Below are positions 19,859 through 22,837 of a stretch of DNA of 22,837 nucleotides, one piece after another (the first letter of the stretch is position 1; every line of letters starts with the position of its first letter). This stretch comes from Chiloscyllium plagiosum (lineage: Eukaryota), in NCBI RefSeq assembly GCF_004010195.1, contig NC_057719.1:1169945-1192781 (forward strand), in the 5' to 3' direction. A model generated the notes under the pieces. It was not told the origin of the DNA. It did not search any database and was given only the letters and a program-made list of their open reading frames with translations. A program made the position numbers and the translations under genes.

Positions 19859-20731
19859 ACAGGTTGTACGTTTGCTCTCTGAGCTTGTAGGTTTGTTCTG
19901 GGTATTTGTATATGATATTTGTTCTGCTGGTTGTTGGTATGGGTCCTTTAAATTCATTAGGAGCTGTTTCAGGTAGATTTTTGGGCTACCATGATGCCTA
20001 GGGCCTGGAGCAGTCTGGTTGTCATCTCCGAGATATCTTTAATGTATGGCAGGGTGAAAAGAGTCTCTGGGGGTGTTGTGTCTTCTTGTTTAAGTTTGTT
20101 GTGTAGGAATTGGCAGACTGTGCTTATTGGGTATCCGTTGTTCCTGGATATGTTGTACAGGTATTTTTCGTCAGCTTCTCATACTTCCTGGGTGCTGCAG
20201 TGTGTTGTAGCTCATTTAAATAATGTCACAATGTAGTTCTGCTTGTGGTATACAAAATACCCTGCATGGACTGCAGCAAACATTACATCGGACAGACAGG
20301 CAGAAAACTAGCCACCAGGATACATGAACACCAACTAGCCACCAAAAGACATGATCAACTATCACTGGTATCCATACACACACAGACGAAGAGGGACACC
20401 AGTCTGACTGGGACAATACATCCATCCTAGGACAGGCTAAATAGAGACATATAGGAATTCCTAGAGGCCTGGCATTCAAACCAGAACTCCATTAACAAAC
20501 ATATTGATTTAACCCCATTTACCAACCTCTCAGGAAAAGAACAGGAAGTGATATCACCCACCTTAACAGACCAAGACACAGAAATAAAAAGCGGGACAGA
20601 ACACCAGCGCTTCATTGGAGGCTCACTGATGATGTTACCGAGCTGATGGTGTCAAAATGTCTGAGAACAAACCTCAGCGAGTAAACTTACAATCTGATCG
20701 ACAACCTGAGCTACACATTTTCTCTAAAATC
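19859..20731. mobile_element. Penelope-like element with inverted 5' segment, 12-bp TSD
   Basis: Minus 20246-19901: TLFK*ATTHCST...NNGYP...TLPYIKDISEMTTRLL...LKDP. Plus 20247 onward: VYKIPCMDCSKHYIGQTGRKLATRIHEHQ. Decayed hammerhead at 20622-20665. TSD GATGATAATAAA at 19847-19858 and 20732-20743. Confidence 0.9.
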
Positions 20732-20778
20732 GATGATAATAAATGCTGACCTTAATGAACAAATAACAAAGAAATTAA

Positions 20779-20895
20779 TCCCCAGCCCTAACCCTAAACC
20801 TATCCCCAATCCTACAGCTTAAAGCCCAAACCTAAACATTAATTCAAGTCACAAACTCTCACTATAACCTCAACACCAAACCATACGTATAACCT
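20779..20895. repeat. Degenerate (CCCTAA)-like hexamer tract
   Basis: cccagccctaaccctaaacctatccccaatcctac...cccaaacctaaac. Confidence 0.5.
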
Positions 20896-20899
20896 TTAA

Positions 20900-21145
20900 G
20901 GATGCCCTAACATTGAAGTGATGAAGCCAATGTGTGCACAGTAAGTTCCCATAAATACCAGTGTGAGGAAGAGATCTATTTTTAGGAATGTCGATGGAAT
21001 GATAATAAAAATGGCTCTGCTTTTTCATTACGGATTTTAAAATTAGGTATTACCTCTATACTGTAGATATTCACAATCATTTGGTTATAAGTTATTAAAG
21101 CAGGTGAAAGAAAGAGATTTGGCTATTCTAATGCAGCATCTCTTG
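20900..21145 (-). mobile_element. Ancient Deu-domain-like SINE remnant
   Basis: tgtgcacagtaagttcccataaa...tctatttttaggaatgtcgatggaatgataa resembles antisense DeuSINE core from memory; decayed. Confidence 0.4.
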
Positions 21146-21207
21146 CTGATCGTTTGGAAGTGACAGCTGATCCAAATGGGATGTTGGGGTTCATTCATCA
21201 GACAAGT

Positions 21208-21517
21208 GATTAGATTACATTACAGTGTGGAAACAGGCCCTTCGGCCCAACAAGTCCACACCGACCCGCCAAAGCGTAACCCACCCATACCCCTACATTT
21301 ACCCCTTACCTAACACTACGGGCAATTTAGCATGGCCAATTCACCTGACCTGCACATCTTTGGACTGTGGGAGGAAACCGGAGTACCTAGAGGAAACCCA
21401 CGCAGACACGGGGAGAATGTGCAAACTCCATACAGTCAGTCATCTGAGGCGGGAATTGAACCCGGGTCTCTGGTGCTGTGAGGCAGCAGTGCTGACCACT
21501 GTGCCACCATGCCGCCC
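21208..21517 (-). mobile_element. HE1-like SINE, full length, young subfamily
   Basis: A box TGGCACAGTGG, B box GGTTCAATTCC, gtaatgtaatctaatc tail. Confidence 0.92.
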
Positions 21518-21599
21518 ACTAATATAAAACAAGACATGCTTATTTTGACCTTGGGCAGACCATGGTTAGATCGCACTTGGAAAACTTTTTTGCCCATCT

Positions 21600-22490
21600 T
21601 AAATCCCTAATTACTTGCTGTAACTGCATACAAGTATTTTGTGAATCGTGTCTCCCAGATCTCTTATTCTCAGAGCTTTCCAAATCTCATCATTTAGATA
21701 ACATGCTTTAATTTTTATTCTTCATGCCAAAATGGATAATTTCATTTTTCTTACATGACTATATTTTCAAGATCTTTTGCTATTCACTGATCAAGATTCC
21801 TTTGTTCATCCTTACATCACCTTCAGAACTTTCTCCACAGTGAAGACCAATGCAAAATACCTGTTCAATTTACCTGCTGACTCCTTATTTTCTGTTATTA
21901 ATTCCCCAGACTCACTTTCTGCAGACCAATGCAGACATTGTGAACTCTTCTCTTTTATAAATATCTAACAGATTTATGATTTTTGTACATTATTATACTT
22001 GCATCAATAGCTATTCTTTTGCCATAAGTCCATAAGATACTAGAGCAGTAGTAGGCCATTCAGCCCATTGAGACTGTGCCACCACTCAATGAGATCATCT
22101 GATACTCTTCAACTCCACATTGATTCCTGTCTCTCAGACTTGAATATATTTTCATAATTCAGCCCCAGTAGTAGAAAATTCCACATATTGACAGCAATTT
22201 TCTGCTACTTATTAATCTTTTGGTCATTCTATGCTGTGTCTTATATTCTGCCTAATCTTGTGACCTTCCATCTATTTTTGAACAATTATAATTTTTTTTA
22301 ATTTGAACTACTTTTTTTAGTTTAAATGGTGGTAGGTCCTCCCTTTGGGAACTTGTGTTTTTCTCAACTGCAACCTTTACTAACTTGTCCAGGCACTGTT
22401 ATTGGTCCATCTCTGCGGGCACTACCAATGGCAATTAAATAGCTCTTTGTAAGCCAATTGAATTAATTTTATCTGACAAGTAATGTATCT
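21600..22490 (-). mobile_element. Old CR1 fragments, with a nested CR1 3' end at ~22023-22190
   Basis: ttctccacagtgaagaccaatgcaaaatacctgttcaat; gtaggccattcagcccattgag. Confidence 0.55.
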
Positions 22491-22512
22491 TTGTCCACCT
22501 TCAGTATTATTA

Positions 22513-22837
22513 GTCTGGCGCACTGACCTCTACACCGCTGAAGCCAAACGCCAACTCGAGGACACCTCTTCCTACTGCCCACTCGACCATGACCCCACCC
22601 TCCATCACCAAACCATCATCTCCCAGACCATACAGAACCTCATCACCTCAGGAGATCTCCCACCCACAGCTTCCAACCTCATAGTCCGGGAACCCCGCAC
22701 TGCCCGGTTCTACCTCCTTCCCAAGATCCACAAGCCTCACCACCCTGGCCGACCCATTGTCTCAGCATGCTCCTGCCCCACTGAACTCAACTCTACCTAC
22801 CTCGACACTGTCCTATCCCCCCTAGTCCAGAAACTCC
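22513..22837 (+). mobile_element. Penelope-like reverse transcriptase, 5'-truncated, runs off window end
   Basis: Stop-free frame VWRTDLYTAEAKRQLEDTSSY...PRTARFYLLPKIHKPHHPGRPIVSACSCPTELNSTYLDTVLSPLVQKL. Confidence 0.9.

Noticed and set aside
4600..21517. tRNA genes at A/B-box motifs
   Set aside because: These are SINE heads continuous with SINE core and LINE-derived tail.

Overview
Vertebrate genomic DNA, almost certainly from a shark or other cartilaginous fish, judged from HE1-type tRNA-SINEs, CR1 LINEs and shark-style Penelope and Gypsy families. It is mostly transposon debris, with one N-gap at 10984-11180. Two host-gene pieces are visible. (1) A long intact 3' coding exon of a cytosolic Hsp70 with HSPA2-diagnostic residues (4761-6400, +). 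It lacks the first ~94 codons and begins at a clean splice acceptor, implying a coding intron in a gene that is intronless in amniotes. (2) A GC-rich promoter with adjacent RFX X-box and forkhead motifs, followed by a 27-nt first coding exon (18490-18516, +), plausibly PPP1R36 by synteny. Between them lies a decayed minus-strand Gmr1-like Gypsy element (PR-INT-RT-RH order, PPT, 3' LTR) that the ORF track barely shows. It is split over ~9 kb by nested insertions, including a solo LTR with a 4-bp TSD. The window also holds several Penelope-like elements with 10-15 bp TSDs and inverted or palindromic structures. These carry eight minimal hammerhead-ribozyme motifs, and two insertions (93 and 130 bp) are little more than the ribozyme plus tail. 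All family assignments come from manual translation and remembered consensus motifs; no database search was run.
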